Assembly: GCA_973895155.1 (NCBI GenBank)
Contig: OZ316896.1
Location: 13,573,469-13,637,468 of the forward strand
DNA length: 64,000 nucleotides
Reading direction: 5' to 3'
Origin: Marsupella aquatica
Taxonomy: Eukaryota > Plantae > Marchantiophyta
The notes below the pieces were generated by a model. It saw only the letters and a list, made by a program, of their open reading frames with translations, was not told where the DNA came from and made no database searches. Below, piece by piece: positions 9,010 through 21,300 of this stretch; position 1 is the stretch's first letter, and every line of letters starts with the position of its first letter. The translations under genes and the position numbers were made by a program.

Positions 9010-11869
9010 TGCTGTTGAAAGTTCCAACAGTTGTAACCATCCTTGAAACGTCACACTAGCTATTAGGGCCGCACCTACTAGGATCGCATTAGCAGCATCA
9101 AGAAAGATTTGACGGTCTCTGTATAATCTCTCAACACCATCCTTCACCTCTGGGATACACAACAAGAGGTCTTGGATATCCTTCTTTGTCTCTTGGTCCC
9201 GTATCTCATTTGCCAGTCTGTGAGGATGCAACCCCTCGGCGCTTTTCACAGTATATCGGATTGCTTTCGATTTGGCATCGAACACGAGAACTCTAACTAC
9301 TTCAGTCGCCTCTGTATAAACAGCCCAATGCAAGGGAGAGAATCCACAACAGTCCTTGGTGTTGACATTTATGGCCTGACTGGACAACATCTCTTTCACA
9401 GTGAGAACTCGAGCACTGTCGCTACAGGCAATCTGAAAGGCTGTCCGCTGGAGAATGTCCAAGTCATTGACATGCACGCTTAAAAAATCCCACTTCAGTA
9501 GAGTTTGCACCACTCGATGGTGATTCTCCAAAGCTGCATGATGCAGTGGGGTCATATGGAGACCGTCTCGAAGACTTTTTCGAAGGAAACTATCTACTGC
9601 TTCGGTTTGATCACGACCACTGTCGCCTGTATATCCTAATTTATCGTCTGATAGTATTTCAAGCACTAATTTGTAAGATTCAAGAAGAGAGCATAGCACT
9701 TCACTATCACCAAGTGCTGCAGCTAGATGAATAGCTGTCCAGCGGCAATTGTCTCTGTATTTATAGTCGAAAAAGTTAATTCTAGTAGAGAGATTGTGTT
9801 GGGAGACCACTTGTAGCAGACGACACCGGGTACTTTGAGAGATTGTAGCACCTTCATCATCGATTTCCCCATCGATCACTGCGTTGACTATCCTCATTAT
9901 TTTGTCCACGCGCAAGTGTTTGAGTGCAACAGCGGATCCCGCACCTGTCCCTGTCCTCTCTGAAGAGTCGGATTTTGATAGAGGTTTTTGATACTCCTTG
10001 AACATATCAATAATTTGACTTTGTTCAGATGCAGATGCCCACTCCAAGATCACGGTCCACAGACGGATGATAGCACTATTCGTGTTAGAGTTCATGCTAT
10101 CTCTCAAGGTCCTCAGCTGTTGTTGGCACTCCTTGAACTCATTAAGAACATGATTTTGTTCGGATGCAAGCGCCCACGCCAAGATCACAATCCACAGACG
10201 GATGATGGCATCATGCGTGTTAGAGTTGATGCTTTTCAACAAGGTCCTGAACTTTCCATCTTCTGTAGGATCCGTGGCCTCTCTCCCATCTTCTGCCCTG
10301 ATTTGCTCGAATTCTTTCAGGAACTCGACAACCCTCTCATACTCAAAAGGATTTGGCAATTTACTCCACAGAACAGCCCTTTTGATGCTGTCGAAATAAT
10401 CCTCAGAGCACCCTACGGAATACTCCTGATTATCAGCGTCCGGTGTCAGCTGATCCTCAGAACCCCTTCTACCCGAGTCACATACCCGGTACTTGTCGAG
10501 ACTGCTACGTATCCCTTCTCGAACCAGCTTTGCTTGAGTATGCTCATTGCTCAACAGCTGTACAATCTCTGCTCGACTACAAATGACCGCTGCGTGCAGA
10601 GCTCCAAACCTGTCACCTACCGGCTTCTTTGGATCAATCCAATGAAGGCTATCAAGGAAAAGTTCCCTCAGAATAATGTCAGGAAAATACGTTATGAGGC
10701 GAGATAACGCAAGAGCCCCAAAGTCCCTCATGTTGCGGTCAAACCCAGACTTGTGTTTGGACGGGCACGAAAGCAAAAAGTCTAGCCATGCGTAACGAGG
10801 ATGATGATCCGGATCTGCCATGAACTTCTCCAGCTCTCCAAAACTAACGTGCTCACACAGTAAGCGTTTCAACGTTGTCCTGAACTCTTCCGCTTTTCTT
10901 CTCTTTTCTCGCTGCATCCAGTTTTCTCCAGCTAAGGACACCATCTTCGCTCAGAAGCGCACACACAAGAATGCGACCCTTCGTTGCGTAGTAATGCCCC
11001 CGCCTTTGCTTCCTCGCAAAACATTCACCTCGTACACACTTATGCAGAATCAGAAGGGGCCATCGTCGTCCATTCTGCGCGGCTTTAACGTCTGTCCTGC
11101 TCAAAGCTGGTGCACCTGGGCAGCCCCCCATGCCAATCCATGTCAGGCGGGTACACTTTCAAAGTAATACCGTCGTATGCAGTGGCTGAGCTAGAACAAC
11201 CCATCGAAGCTCTGGAACATGCCCCGGAACATGCAAGCGATCACTGATAGACACTGGGTTGGAAGCTGCGAGGTGGAGCTTCAATCGATTCATGAGTTGG
11301 TCAAGAAGAAGACACTATCGGTGATGATCTGGGCAGGAAGGCCACAGCGAAGTAGACTGAAGCTTACGAAAAGTCTGGTCCTCATCGCCGCCTGGCCGCC
11401 GAGGTAAGATTGCCACAGAAACTCCTCAGAAACGTTTCTACCGAACATCTCGAGCTCCACTTCGGCTGGTGACTGGAACCAAACCGCGCAACATTCCTCT
11501 CCAATGTTAGACGACTTCGCCTGAATTGTGATCTCTTCTACGTTCCCCTCCCCGATTCTGCCAAATTGAGTGCAATAACAATAAGGTTACTGGTCACGAA
11601 TCCACGTTGAACTTGCGACACCTGCGCAGACTGAGCTTGTACGTGCGGGATGCATTCAATGACTCACTATGCGAGGAAAATGACTCACTATGCGAGGAAG
11701 TCAGTTTCCTGGTGCCCAAAACTCAATTCCCACCCACACTCATTTCGTACACAGACCTCGATTACAGAAGCGCGATCACATATTGTAATTATAGTCAAAG
11801 GAATAGGAATGACGAAAACGGTGAACACATTTGAGTGACGTGAGACTCTCGCACTTAAAAAAATAGGAT

Positions 11870-13480
11870 GCCTGGAAGTGTCTTCATGGCAGTCAGATTT
11901 GTTGTACGCTGCCAGTGCGCCTCCCCGCACCAACTCAAGTTTGGTCATGTTTTTTCAAAGTGCACATCCGCCTCCAACAACAAGCGATAATGAAGTGTCT
12001 TCATGGCAGTCAGATTGTACATTGCCCATAGTCAGATTGTACATTGCACATTGCCCATAGTCAGAGTCAGATTGTACAATGCCCGTTGGCCCTGATATAT
12101 GATTGAAATAAAATTTGGGGCCAATCTCTTATATAGCATCTTTGAACATGTCTCATTTTTTTGGTTTTTTTGTGATATGCAAGTGTTCTAATTAAAATAT
12201 AAACAGGGCATTGATTAAGAAGCCATACAGTGTACACATGTAAAGAATGGACAGCAAAGTTTAAGTTTAGCATATTGGGATGTGCACATAATGTACATGA
12301 GTAGAGACTCTTATGTACTTACTTTAGGTAATGACACTCAAAATAATTAAAACCATAAATTTATGACACAAAACTATGAGTAGTACTTAAAGACACAAGG
12401 TGTGCACTATATTTAGATCATTTCTTTCCACTCATGATATAGCATGCTCATCCTGGAATATGCTTTACTTTTTGTCTTGTAGTGATATTAAGTGGACAAA
12501 ATTAAAGAGTAAGACTAAAATACATATTAAATATGAATGAAATCAAATAATATAAATAAAATATATGTAATAAAAGCACATAGTGACCAATGGAAAGTAC
12601 AATTTTATTATACAAAGTTGCTACGAGTTGTGCACAATGAAATAAAATAATATAAATAAAGTACATGCAATAAAAGCACATAGTGACCAATGGAAAGTAC
12701 ACAAAGCACATAGTGACCAATGGAAAGTACACAAAGATCCTACGAGTTGTGCACGTATTTCAATGTGTCTTATTAATGATTCTTATTCAATAAAAACCAT
12801 AAACTTAGGAAAGAAAGCCACAAGGGGAGCTTAAGACAGGATGTGCTGACATTTCTTAGAATCATTCCTCTCACTCATGAACTTAAAAGCAGTAGAAAAT
12901 GAAGCCCTTAGTTTCTCTCTAGGACTTAACAAAGTTTACAAATTATACAAATTAAGGGGCTGCCAAAATAAATTCAAAACACTATAGAATACCAAAAATT
13001 TAAAGGGGTCCAAAAATGAATACACTATAAAATACCAAAAATTTAAAGGGGTCCAAAAATGACTTTAAAAGTCTATGTGATACAAAGGATACCCCTTGTT
13101 AAGGTACATTCAAATAAAAATTCATCATACACAAATATGAATAAGACAAAACATGAGAGTTGGATTCACCATATAGCAGCTTCAAAAATTTCTTCTTCCA
13201 CTCATGAGAATAAGGGCTAGAAATTACACAACCTTTGTTAAAGGGTGGATGATTTTAAATATAAGAAAGATTTAAAAAAATTAGAGGGGTGCCAGAATAG
13301 ATTCAAAATCTAAACTATACAAGGGATGCACCTTGGTAAGACACATTGAAATAAAAATGCATAACAAAATAAGTTTGAATAAGACAAAATACTGAAAGTT
13401 GCATTCACCATTATAGCAACATCAAAAAAACATAACATTTGGGGCCAATTGCTCATATGATTGATATAATTTGGGGCCAT
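11870..13480. repeat. AT-rich, internally repetitive dispersed repeat, probably a transposon remnant
   Basis: Subrepeats CAGATTGTACATTGCCCATAGT, AAAGCACATAGTGACCAATGGAAAGTAC and ATACCAAAAATTTAAAGGGGTCCAAAAATGA. Shares TATAGCATGCTCATCCTGGAATA and ATATGAATAAGACAAAA with 32470-32650. Confidence 0.6.
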
Positions 13481-13540
13481 GGACCCCTGAAAATGCATTA
13501 ATGGCACTATTAGGCTATTTGCGTTTGCTACCCACCTGTC

Positions 13541-13830
13541 AATTCAGTGCGATTGGCAATATCAATGGACATTAATGCATGGACATTGCCAGTAAAACCC
13601 GTGTGATTACATGTAATTAGTCTTTCAGACAATTTAGGGTCCATTTGGGCAGACTGTCCCTAGTGGACCATTGCCCCGAAAGCCATGTCCCTGAGCGCAG
13701 CACTAGGCTGCCTCTATTGCCCAGCCCCTAATTCCGCGCAATCAGTCCTGGGCCCACGGCCGCCCAACCGGCAAAGCAGCCTCCTGGATTTCGCCTCTCG
13801 GGTCCTCATCGATACCCCGCTTGTACCCAT
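13541..13830 (+). repeat. Dispersed repeat of about 290 bp, copy 1
   Basis: Reverse-complement homologue at 24610-24927; both contain TCCCTGAGCGCAGCACT.GGCTGCCTCTATTGCCCAGCCCCTAA. Confidence 0.85.
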
Positions 13831-14334
13831 ATCAGAGATGAGTAAACTTGACATATCATACTTACATTTTTGGAAGTTTGGGTGTGGGCCTGTGCACATG
13901 ATCCCATTTGGTACTCAATACCCATGTCAATGTTGTCGCACATTCCATTCCCCGCCTATTGCAGTTTTCATGACCTACTCTGCATACTCAACATTTTTTA
14001 CGCTGGACGCTGACATTCCACAGTGAAGCGCATCTGGAGAGTGTGTCCTCTAGACCCTTTCCTTAATAGAACTATTGTTCAATGTTTAGGTATAATTGCG
14101 TTCATTAAAGTTAAAGCTAAATGAGTGTCATCTTCTGTATGCAGGCTTACGTAGTTGCTTTGTTGTTGTTGCAAAGAGTCACTTTACTTTGTCGTCTGTC
14201 CGTCTCGTAGGAGTGTAGAAGCACAACATTTGTGGATGGTAAGACATATGTCAACCACAACCCTTTTTGATGTATAAAGTGCTGTGATGAAAGAGGAAAC
14301 GGGTTTTTTGGGACCCTGTAGTGTTGTGACAATA

Positions 14335-14649
14335 AATTTCATTGCCTCCAATCTTTTCCCAAAGAAATTCATTTATCGGGGTTGTACTAAGGTCAATCAG
14401 CAAGGTATGTGTAAAATATCAATCAAAGGTCCCAGAGACAAGCATTGCGAGCATGATGCCATACAGAATGGCACGTACATTGAATTCCTTCGATTTGAGA
14501 TGGTGTTTATGGATGGTAGTTTGCATCCAAATTACGAAAAGCCTGAACTGCGAGCTGCCATTTGGGATGCCATTTGGGATGCCGCCAGAGAGTTAGTGGG
14601 CCTCTCTACTAGTGCATTAGCCTGTATGGAGCCAGTTGATCAATTCTAG
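14335..14649 (+). pseudogene. RPA1 C-terminal OB-fold-like fragment, possibly Helitron-derived
   Basis: FIYRGCTK...MCK...CEH...LRFEMVFMDGS...AAIWDAARELVGLS resembles the Rep_fac-A_C pattern by eye. Contains a 12-nt duplication (AIWD twice). Confidence 0.45.
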
Positions 14650-17600
14650 ACCATCCATGATTTGGTGAAGCATGCCCCACTGTGCAATGTGGTGTTTTGA
14701 ATCAATCATCTGCTTGTATGCAGGCCATGCAGGTGTTTTGAATCAATCGTCTGCTTGCTTGCTAGACATTCCTACGAAGAACATACATTCATGCAAACAA
14801 GATTAGACAATGTTAAATTACATATGATATGAGTACATTGTAGCTATGCAAGACATGGAAAAATGTTTACCTAGCTATCACTATTTTTCTCTTCAAAAAC
14901 ACCTTTCCCTCCTTGGATTTCAAATTCTCAGGCACCTTCGTGGATTTCCATCCACGACAGTCTTCAGCCAAAACAACAACAATACAAGGTTGTGGTCTTG
15001 ATGGGGGTCTTGATCAAAGGCCTGGTTTTGTAGCTACAGTTCTCTGTCATTTGCCTGGACAGGTGGAAAATTGTGTGTGGAAATCCTGCCTCATATGTTC
15101 TCACCCCATATGAATCTTGAAGCCTGCCTTCCAAAATCCAAGCATAATCACTTTTGGATCGATACCACCCCGGATACCAGTCCAGAACACTATACTCGAA
15201 TTCCCCATGCGGAGGAGTCTGAATTCTATCACATTTGGCATGTTGAGATGGCTTTTGCACAACGTGGGCAATTTCGGTGGTGGGTGCAAATTTTGAGTTT
15301 CTGCATCATAATCAAATGTTCAACCCGCGAAACTGCTGCAAAACAACATCCAGAGCATCTGGTACAAGACCATCTACAAATGGCACAGGCGGATCATGTA
15401 GTGGGTTGAAAGCATCAAAGTGGGCCTCCAATTGTGCAATATCAAACATGGATGTGGACATGCCAGCAGTGGCTTCTTGTCCCCTAAGCTGCGCACGGGG
15501 TTACTGCACGAGAGAAGCACAAATTCTAATTTAACATGCAAAGGGTGAATGTCAAAAAAATATGCTGATTTTATTGCCTGTTTTAGGACTACATTTCTAA
15601 AAATTATCATAAATTGTAAAAGGGAGACTTTTCGGGAGGTATAGGCTGTTATAATGTAAGTTTGGTGGAGACCTTGCCTTCTATGCATGAGTTCCTTACG
15701 GAACAAAATTCATTGATTCTAGGTCATGCCAATTCTCAATTTCCTGGGACCTCGAGGGACGATTAGAGAAAAAGTCTAATGCAGGCAGAGGACGACTTTC
15801 TCAGCTCGAATCCATCTACTGCCTCTTAATGCAGGCCGGCAAGAGACTCAGCTACAATCCATCTACTGCCTCTGACTATGTACCCTAGTGTTTTCATACT
15901 ACCTCCGATTCGCCAAGTATATATCAAATGTTGTTTTAGTACGTAAGCTAGTGTCGATCATTCCGACCGTACAAATCTAAAAGGAACACCATCCCTTTAG
16001 AATGTTGAAACTTGAAAGGTTTCATTTATTAGATCTGCAGTGTCGGCCTCGCCATTGTAGAGTATGTTTGTCTCGTTGACCGACGTCTTCATTGTTCCAT
16101 AGATGGCCTCATTGGTCTCTGAGACTTGGTGTTCAGGTGGCTACCCTTGGGTACCAGTCGCTGCGGTTAATTAATGGGTCCGGTCCTTCGACAGGCTCGG
16201 GGTAGGGAGGCTCTCACTCGACATGGTCATCTGACCAACGTGTCCTGATTCGGTTCATGAGTTCCATTGCAAGCAGATTGCATGGGCTCTCTGCACACGA
16301 GTTCGTCAAAGGATGACTTCACCGGTGAAATTGTGTCATTATTGTTGCAATTCTGACGAGACAATGTTCGAGGCCGAGGGATTGCCGCATATACACCGCG
16401 AAAAATTGGCGATCATCTGACTTAGGTACGTGGACATTTGAAGGTCCTGAATTTTTTGTTAGCTTTCAATAGTTCTTAGCTAATTCAACCCGCATCGTCC
16501 AATTCAATTGCAGTGACCACAGAAGTAAAGTACTGTCAATCGGTATCTGTCAGCCTCTCTAAATCTGGTCATCTGAAACCAATGGAGTAGATATCCAATT
16601 TGGACCACTAATAGACACACAAGGATATTTGGTGAGCGGTTCAAGTCTTAGATGTTTATGAGCGGTTTTGGATGGCAGTTGTTGTGCGAGTGCCGCGGGT
16701 ACGCGCCTCCTTTTTTTGAATTTGACTCTCACCATGCATGCCACCCTCAATTCTCAAGGGGTTTGCAGCACATCGGGTTGTATAATGTTCAACTTTGGGT
16801 AGCAAATTTGCAAGCAGAAATTTGTATTTCGTTTATCTGAATCAATTTTGTAATTGATGAAACAGACGGCCAGATATGGGAGAGAAGATACTTGTTCGAG
16901 GCCAGGAAGCTTGAAGCAATGGAAATTCAAGGTATTCAAAAGCGAGATGTTATCAACTGGTTTTCCAATTCTCTCAATCAAAGAAAGCTAAGCATTCACA
17001 TATGCGGCAGCAATTGTTCTTGAACTGACTCAGTTCAAAACCTAGAATCTGTTGAGCAGGTCGTCAAAATCACCGTCTTAGCTTTCAAAAACTCTCTGGA
17101 ACTGTTCCCAGCTCAACTTAAAAACTGGCAGCAATTTTCTGAGAGAGTGAGGCATTCCATTTATTCCACGAAAGTAATTTTTACTTTATAGAGTCTCGAA
17201 AATTTATACTGAGTTTGCATCACAACCTGTCACGAATATCACATTTGTCTTAGGTTTAAACAATAGTCTAGATCGGCTCGAATTCTTAGGCAGGCAACAA
17301 TTTCATCAGACTGAAGCCTTCCAATTTTTAAGAGAAATGGTATTCATTTGTTAGATCTCAAAATTTGACAAGTGTTCAAGTCACATCAAAGATTATCATT
17401 TGAGCTCTCCTAAATAGCGTGGCACGGTCCGCAAGTTTAGAAGGGTGTAAAAAGTTTGAATTTCGTGAACTATTGGCGGTTGAAAATGATGTTTCCCATG
17501 TTCAATTAATCTGAGAAACGAGTGCTGTTCTTCAAGCAGGACCTGTCACCCAAATCGAACTTCTAGATGTCTTGACTCTCAATCGCAGGCTGGACGAGTA

Positions 17601-18358
17601 CTGGTTGCAATTTACAAGTAGCAACCAACTTCAATAGAGTGATAAAGTCTGAAGTCTAGTCAAAAGAAATCTAAGCTTCGTTGCTGAATTCGTCTGGCTT
17701 GATTGGTTGTCATAACACAAAATCCACGGATAGTTAGAGCAACAACCAGCAGCCTATGGGCCGGCCCAATCCATTTCCGACTCACACGCTGATGAGCATT
17801 GCAAATTTTCACAAATAGTTGAATTAATTTGAAGGATCCTGCACATTCTAAGAATTACAGAGGGTTCTCTCACCCGTTCAGCATCAAATTATCACCTACT
17901 ACTAAAGCACGCACACACGGCCAATTGTGGCAATGCCTCATGCAGTGGATTAACAAAAGCTTGTAACAGACACATACTGTCTCAACAGAGGCCGGCTGGG
18001 TGATGTGTTGCGTGAAACTAGGTAACATGTGATACAAAAAGCGAGTATCATTGGAAAAGCATGCGCTGAAGTGGAAAAGGCCATTTACTCAGGTGACTTC
18101 CAGCGTATCTAATTTCCTGTTTCGTTTGTCGACTCGAAAATCTTGATCGACCCAGCATAGTTATTTATTTTTCAGCATCCACCGAACATGCATCAATGCA
18201 TCTTCGTGAAATGCACATTCAGCAGATGGATGTGCTACATGATGTTGCGCTTCATGCGTCGGAACTTGGGAAGAATCTATGAGGCCATCAATTGCTTCAA
18301 ATAGAGACTTCGCGGAAAACTACAGGCTCTATACAGTAATTATACTGCCTAAGGCCCT

Positions 18359-21300
18359 TTAACCAACAAGTGGGGTCACAGTTGGATTTGGACACTCAGG
18401 GGAAGTGCAACTGCAGCATTTGTTCAGGACACTTTCCTGGACATCGTCGAAATTCTCCTTGAAGAACTGGGTGGCTTGTGAATGCAACTCCTTGGCTCCG
18501 AACAGGCGGCCAAGCTTTAACATCTCCGCCACGTTTCCTGCATTCAGTCTTCTGCACAGCTCCTGCTCGCATAAATCTCTCAGGTAGTCGATCTCATACT
18601 TGTGTGCAACTTTCAGCACTTCCCCAGGTGACACTTCCTCCGTGAATTCCATATCTGCAGTGTAACAGCAGTTAATGACTGCCTGCATGATTGCGTAGGA
18701 TGTGTCCTGAACTTTAATAATGGGCTGTGCAACAACTGGGCGTGTAGTCTGCACAGTTTTAATCAAGTACGTTTTTTCCGTAGGCCCTGCTTGTGCGTTG
18801 AATTGTAATTTCACATTTGTAGCACGCTCAGATTCGCTTCTGTTGTTTTCATTCTCCGCTTCCCGGGATTGCAATATTGGTAGAGTGGTGGCCGGAGTCA
18901 GGGTAGATGCATGTTGCTCCAAAATTGTAGGTGTGATAGCTTCAGTATGAACGCTATCCACAGGTAGAGAAACCGACGATGGTGAAACTGTAATCGTTAA
19001 ATTAGATATTGCTCCAACAGACTGATGTTCTTGTCCACTATCCATAATTCTGATATCCGTCTTTTCTCGATCCTCCCTTGATTTCATGTCTGAAGAATCC
19101 GGTGAGCCGTCTTGTCCACTGTCCATTGTTCTGACATCCGTCTTTTCTTGATCCTCCCTTGATTTCATGTCTGAAGAATCCGGTGAGCCGCTAGTCACAG
19201 GTTGAGAGACCAACTCTGGTGAAATTGTAATCGTTAAATCAGGTATCGCTCCAACAAGCTGAGGTTCTTGCCCACTGTCCATAGTTCTGCCAGCCGTCCT
19301 TTCTCGATCCTCCCTTGCTTTCATGTATGAAGAAACTGTATAATTTAACAGTGAGCCGCTATTCACAGGTTGAGAGACCAACGGTGGTGAAACTATAATC
19401 GTTAAATTAGGTATCGCTCCGACAAGCTGAGGTTCTTGTCCACTGTCCACGGTTTTGACATCCGCCCTCTCTCGTTCCTCCCTCGATTTCATGTCTGAAG
19501 TATCTGCACATTCTAACAGTGAGCCGCCATTCACAGGTTGAGAGACCAACGGTTGTGAAACTGTAATCGTTAAATTCAGTGTCGCTCCAACAAGCTGAGG
19601 TTCTTGTCCATTGTCCGTATTTCTGACATCCGTGTTTTCTTGATCCTCCCTCGATTTCATGTCTGAAGAATCTGTACATTCTAAGAGTGAGCTGCTATTC
19701 ATAGGTGGAGAGACCAACAGTGGTGGAACTGTAATCGCTGAAATAGGTGTCGCTCCAGCAAGATTAGGTTCTTGTCCACTGTCCATAGTTCTGACATCCG
19801 TGTTTTCTCGATCCTCCCTCGATTTCATGTCTGAAGAATCTGTGCATTTTAACAAGGAGCCGCTATTCACAGGTGGAGAGACCAATGCTGGTGAAACTGT
19901 AATTATTAAATTAGGTGTCGCTCCAACTAGCTTGGGTTCTTGTCCACTGTCCGTATTTCTGGAATCCGTCTTTAGTCGATTCTCCCTTGATTTCATGTCT
20001 GCAAAATCTGTACATTTTAACAGTGAGCCAGCTAATCAGTAGACTTTGTCGGATCTGTGTATCCATTCTAAAGGTAGTGATAGGTACATATATGTCACAT
20101 GACTAAGCAATTATCACAAACTGGACGAGACCGATGAAAACTTGCCGCATCATGTAGGGTGATTATCTGAACTCTCCAATGTGACTGAGTGTTGAGATCG
20201 GTGCATGCTTGAATGATACTCTGGTTTGGCAATTCAGTAGGCAAATTGCCCATCCTAAATATACCAAAATGAGAATGAGGGAGTCCAGATTCAGGAGTTG
20301 AGTCCGCTCTCTCACGACAATGGGAAAGGATATATTGATGTCACACCAATGTACAACTCAAATTCTCTCCCTTATAACATTGATACTGAATTTCATTGCA
20401 TATGTATATGGACCTGTATATATCAGCTAAGCAACATAGACAGTTATTGATGACCAGTTACTTTCACATACACAGTCAACAATTCAATTTGATTTAAACG
20501 GTATACTGAGTAGCTACAGTAGTTCTGTGCAAAATTGAAAACCAACTGGAATGAAAGCATGAATGAATCACTACAAGCTATACATCAAGCCAAACAATGG
20601 CTGCCACAGACATGTGCAATATGCATCCTAGAATAATTGGAGAAAGCATTGTCAACCCTTTCATGAACCCTGTGGACTAGCTTGACGGGAGGGGGAGTGT
20701 GTCCGACCTTGCACCGATTGGGTAGTGGGAGTTTGTGAAGCTGCATTGTCAATGAGTAACTGCCCAGGGGCCACGATGAGCTGGCATCGGACTCCTCGAA
20801 GACCCATTTGTTCTAACATGGCGCTCGGGGCAATCCGAACGCTCACCACAGGGCTGATTTTCTCCATCCTCTTGCGCCATTTCTCTTTGAGTTTCTCTGG
20901 GGGAGCCTCTGCAAGTGGTGGCAATAATAGCGGTGGGGGTGGAGGAGGTGGAGGAGGAAGAGATGGAGGCAATAATTGTGGCGGGTCTGGTGGCGGTGGG
21001 GCTGGAGGAGAAGGGGGTGGGGCTGGAGGCAATAGTGGCGGAGCTGGGGCTGGAGCTGGGGCTGGAGCTGGGGCTGGAGGCAATAATAGTGGAGGGGCTG
21101 AAGGAGGTGGGGGTGGAGGCAATAATAGGGGAGGTGGTGGAGGTGGAGAAGGAAATGGAGGCACTAACAGTGGAGGGGCTGGAGGAGGAGGCGATTGGGT
21201 TGGAGGCAATGATGGTGAAGGGGCTGGAGGAGGTGGGGGTGGAGGGGATGGAGGAGGGGGTGGAGGCAATAATAGTGTAGGGGAAGGAGGGGGTGGAGGC

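Larger units (their letters stand above)
8606..9029 (+). mobile_element. Non-autonomous miniature LTR retrotransposon (TRIM) with tRNA-derived LTRs
   Basis: LTR1 8606-8742 and LTR3 8892-9029, both TGTTGGAA...TTCCAACA. PBS TGGTATCAGAGCC (tRNA-iMet) at 8743-8755. PPT AAGGGTGGG at 8792-8800 and 8883-8891. Partial LTR at 8801-8871. TSD GTTGT at 8601-8605 and 9030-9034. Empty site at 27441-27445. Confidence 0.95.
7652..10944 (-). pseudogene. Ankyrin-repeat plus PGG transmembrane (ACD6-like ANK-TM) gene, copy A; disrupted by the TRIM and an 11-bp duplication
   Basis: ANK motifs ALHAAV, TAIHLAA, TPLHHAA, TAFQIAC, SPLHWAV. PGG-like ILVGAALIASVTFQGWLQ|PPFG followed by several hydrophobic helices. ORFs 8998-10944 and 7652-8650 join once 8606-9034 and the AATCGTTGCCA duplication (8572-8593) are removed, as shown by copy B. 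Confidence 0.88.

Noticed and set aside
8606-9029. Functional tRNA gene cluster or CRISPR-like array
   Set aside because: The repeats are LTRs with PBS, PPT and TSD inside a CDS. The anticodon stem is broken, and there are no unique spacers or cas genes.
13785-13815. Hammerhead-like GATGA...GAAA on the minus strand (also near 24628-24650)
   Set aside because: The core is not CTGATGA, stem II does not pair fully, and stems I and III could not be formed.
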